Part shown: positions 63,439 to 64,000 of the stretch, piece after piece
Layout of the letters: each line of letters begins with the position of its first letter
How positions within the stretch are numbered: the stretch's first letter is position 1
Source: Candidatus Poseidoniaceae archaeon
GTDB lineage: Archaea; Thermoplasmatota; Poseidoniia; Poseidoniales; Poseidoniaceae
DNA length: 64,000 nucleotides
Direction of reading: 5' to 3'
Assembly (NCBI GenBank): GCA_938075675.1
Contig: CALJHE010000005.1
Span: 71,097-135,096, forward strand
The notes under the pieces: generated by a model
What the model saw: the letters and a program-made list of their open reading frames with translations, nothing else
Databases searched by the model: none
Told to the model about the DNA's origin: nothing
Translations under genes and position numbers: made by a program

Positions 63439-64000
63439 CTATTCTTCAGTGCCCTCAAGATCAGCAGAATGAACTACCAATTCCTTCAGTTCGCGTATTT
63501 CCGTTTTCAGTTCTGAGAGGATTCTTGAGAACCCCTCATCGTCCTCATCCTCAATATCTATGGCAGCCATTGTGTTGGTGAAAACCGCAATGAACATGTT
63601 GAGGAAAGTGAACGAAGTGCTGATGATGTAGGTCACGAAGAAAATGGCAGCCCACCAGCCCTGCTCTTCGATAATAAGTCTCGCAATTCCGTTCGACCAT
63701 GATTCAAGCGTCATGATTTGGAACAATGAGTAGAGAGAATCACCGAGTGTTCCAAAGTACATTTCACCTACTTCACCGCCATCACGGAACAACATTGTCC
63801 CCATTACCGAATAAACATACATGACAATTACAAGCAACCAGCTGATTGCCATGATACCACGTAATGAACGCAGCATTGCTTCAACCATACGCTGCATCTC
63901 AGGCATACTCGTAACCAAACGCAAAGCACGGAACACTCTGAATACACGGAGTACGCTGAGAGGACCTGTCGCTGGAGCTACAGAAAAAAGTATGACGAGG
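63439..64000 (-). CDS. Voltage-gated cation channel of the bacterial NaChBac/NavAb type (ion_trans family). 5'-partial: the N-terminal S1-S3 lie beyond the window end.
   Basis: My manual translation upstream of the listed start gives the S4 segment VLRVFRVFRALRLVTS, with Arg at every third position. S5 follows. The pore helix and filter read FGTLGDSLYSLFQIMTLESWSNGIARLII; compare NavAb LFQVMTLESWSMGIVRP. Then S6 and an acidic coiled-coil C-terminus. Confidence 0.65.
   Translation of the reverse strand, partial: LVILFSVAPATGPLSVLRVFRVFRALRLVTSMPEMQRMVEAMLRSLRGIMAISWLLVIVMYVYSVMGTMLFRDGGEVGEMYFGTLGDSLYSLFQIMTLESWSNGIARLIIEEQGWWAAIFFVTYIISTSFTFLNMFIAVFTNTMAAIDIEDEDDEGFSRILSELKTEIRELKELVVHSADLEGTEE

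Noticed and set aside
1-64000. Search for tRNA/rRNA genes, CRISPR repeats and IS/transposase genes
   Set aside because: No intergenic region of 80 nt or more shows cloverleaf-like complementarity. No direct-repeat/spacer periodicity is visible. No DDE or HUH transposase motifs appear in any substantial ORF.

Overview
This 64-kb window reads as chromosomal DNA from a halophilic archaeon. The proteome is strongly acidic. Archaeal hallmark genes are present: MC1 chromatin protein, Hjc resolvase, DacZ diadenylate cyclase, a Sec11-type signal peptidase I and a Lhr-like helicase. TATA boxes sit roughly 25-35 nt upstream of start codons, which suggests leaderless transcripts. GC content looks only about 45-50% by eye, which is low for haloarchaea, so a Haloquadratum-like origin is a low-confidence guess. 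Coding density is high, with about 52 CDS on both strands; I found no rRNA, tRNA, CRISPR array or IS/transposase. The ORF track calls GTG/TTG as M, so several listed N-termini are extensions and were trimmed. Housekeeping content includes succinate dehydrogenase (membrane subunit, sdhA, sdhB), phytoene desaturase crtI, two biotin carboxylases (accC and a methylcrotonyl/propionyl-CoA carboxylase-type operon with carboxyltransferase and enoyl-CoA hydratase), serS, folC-like ligase, dCMP deaminase, geranylgeranyl reductase, ccmF, a ubiD/ubiA pair, a halocyanin, an FKBP and a site-2 protease. The outstanding feature is three giant cell-surface proteins within 38 kb, all with an N-terminal signal peptide and a single C-terminal membrane anchor. 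Protein A is more than 1,700 aa and is truncated by the window edge. Protein B is 1,751 aa with PA14 and LamG-like domains. Protein C is 1,695 aa with a CARDB domain and a poly-acidic cytoplasmic tail. A divergently arranged signal peptidase I paralogue carrying a large insertion lies next to protein C. Other notable genes are a signal-peptide-peptidase/presenilin-family intramembrane protease carrying a roughly 380-aa ectodomain insert, a NaChBac-type voltage-gated cation channel cut by the window end, a macro-domain/DacZ pair, adjacent Hjc and RuvC-like nucleases, a SLOG/DUF2493 protein, an EF1A-like pseudo-GTPase and a split carboxylase alpha subunit. All calls rest on reading translated motifs by eye and should be confirmed with profile searches.
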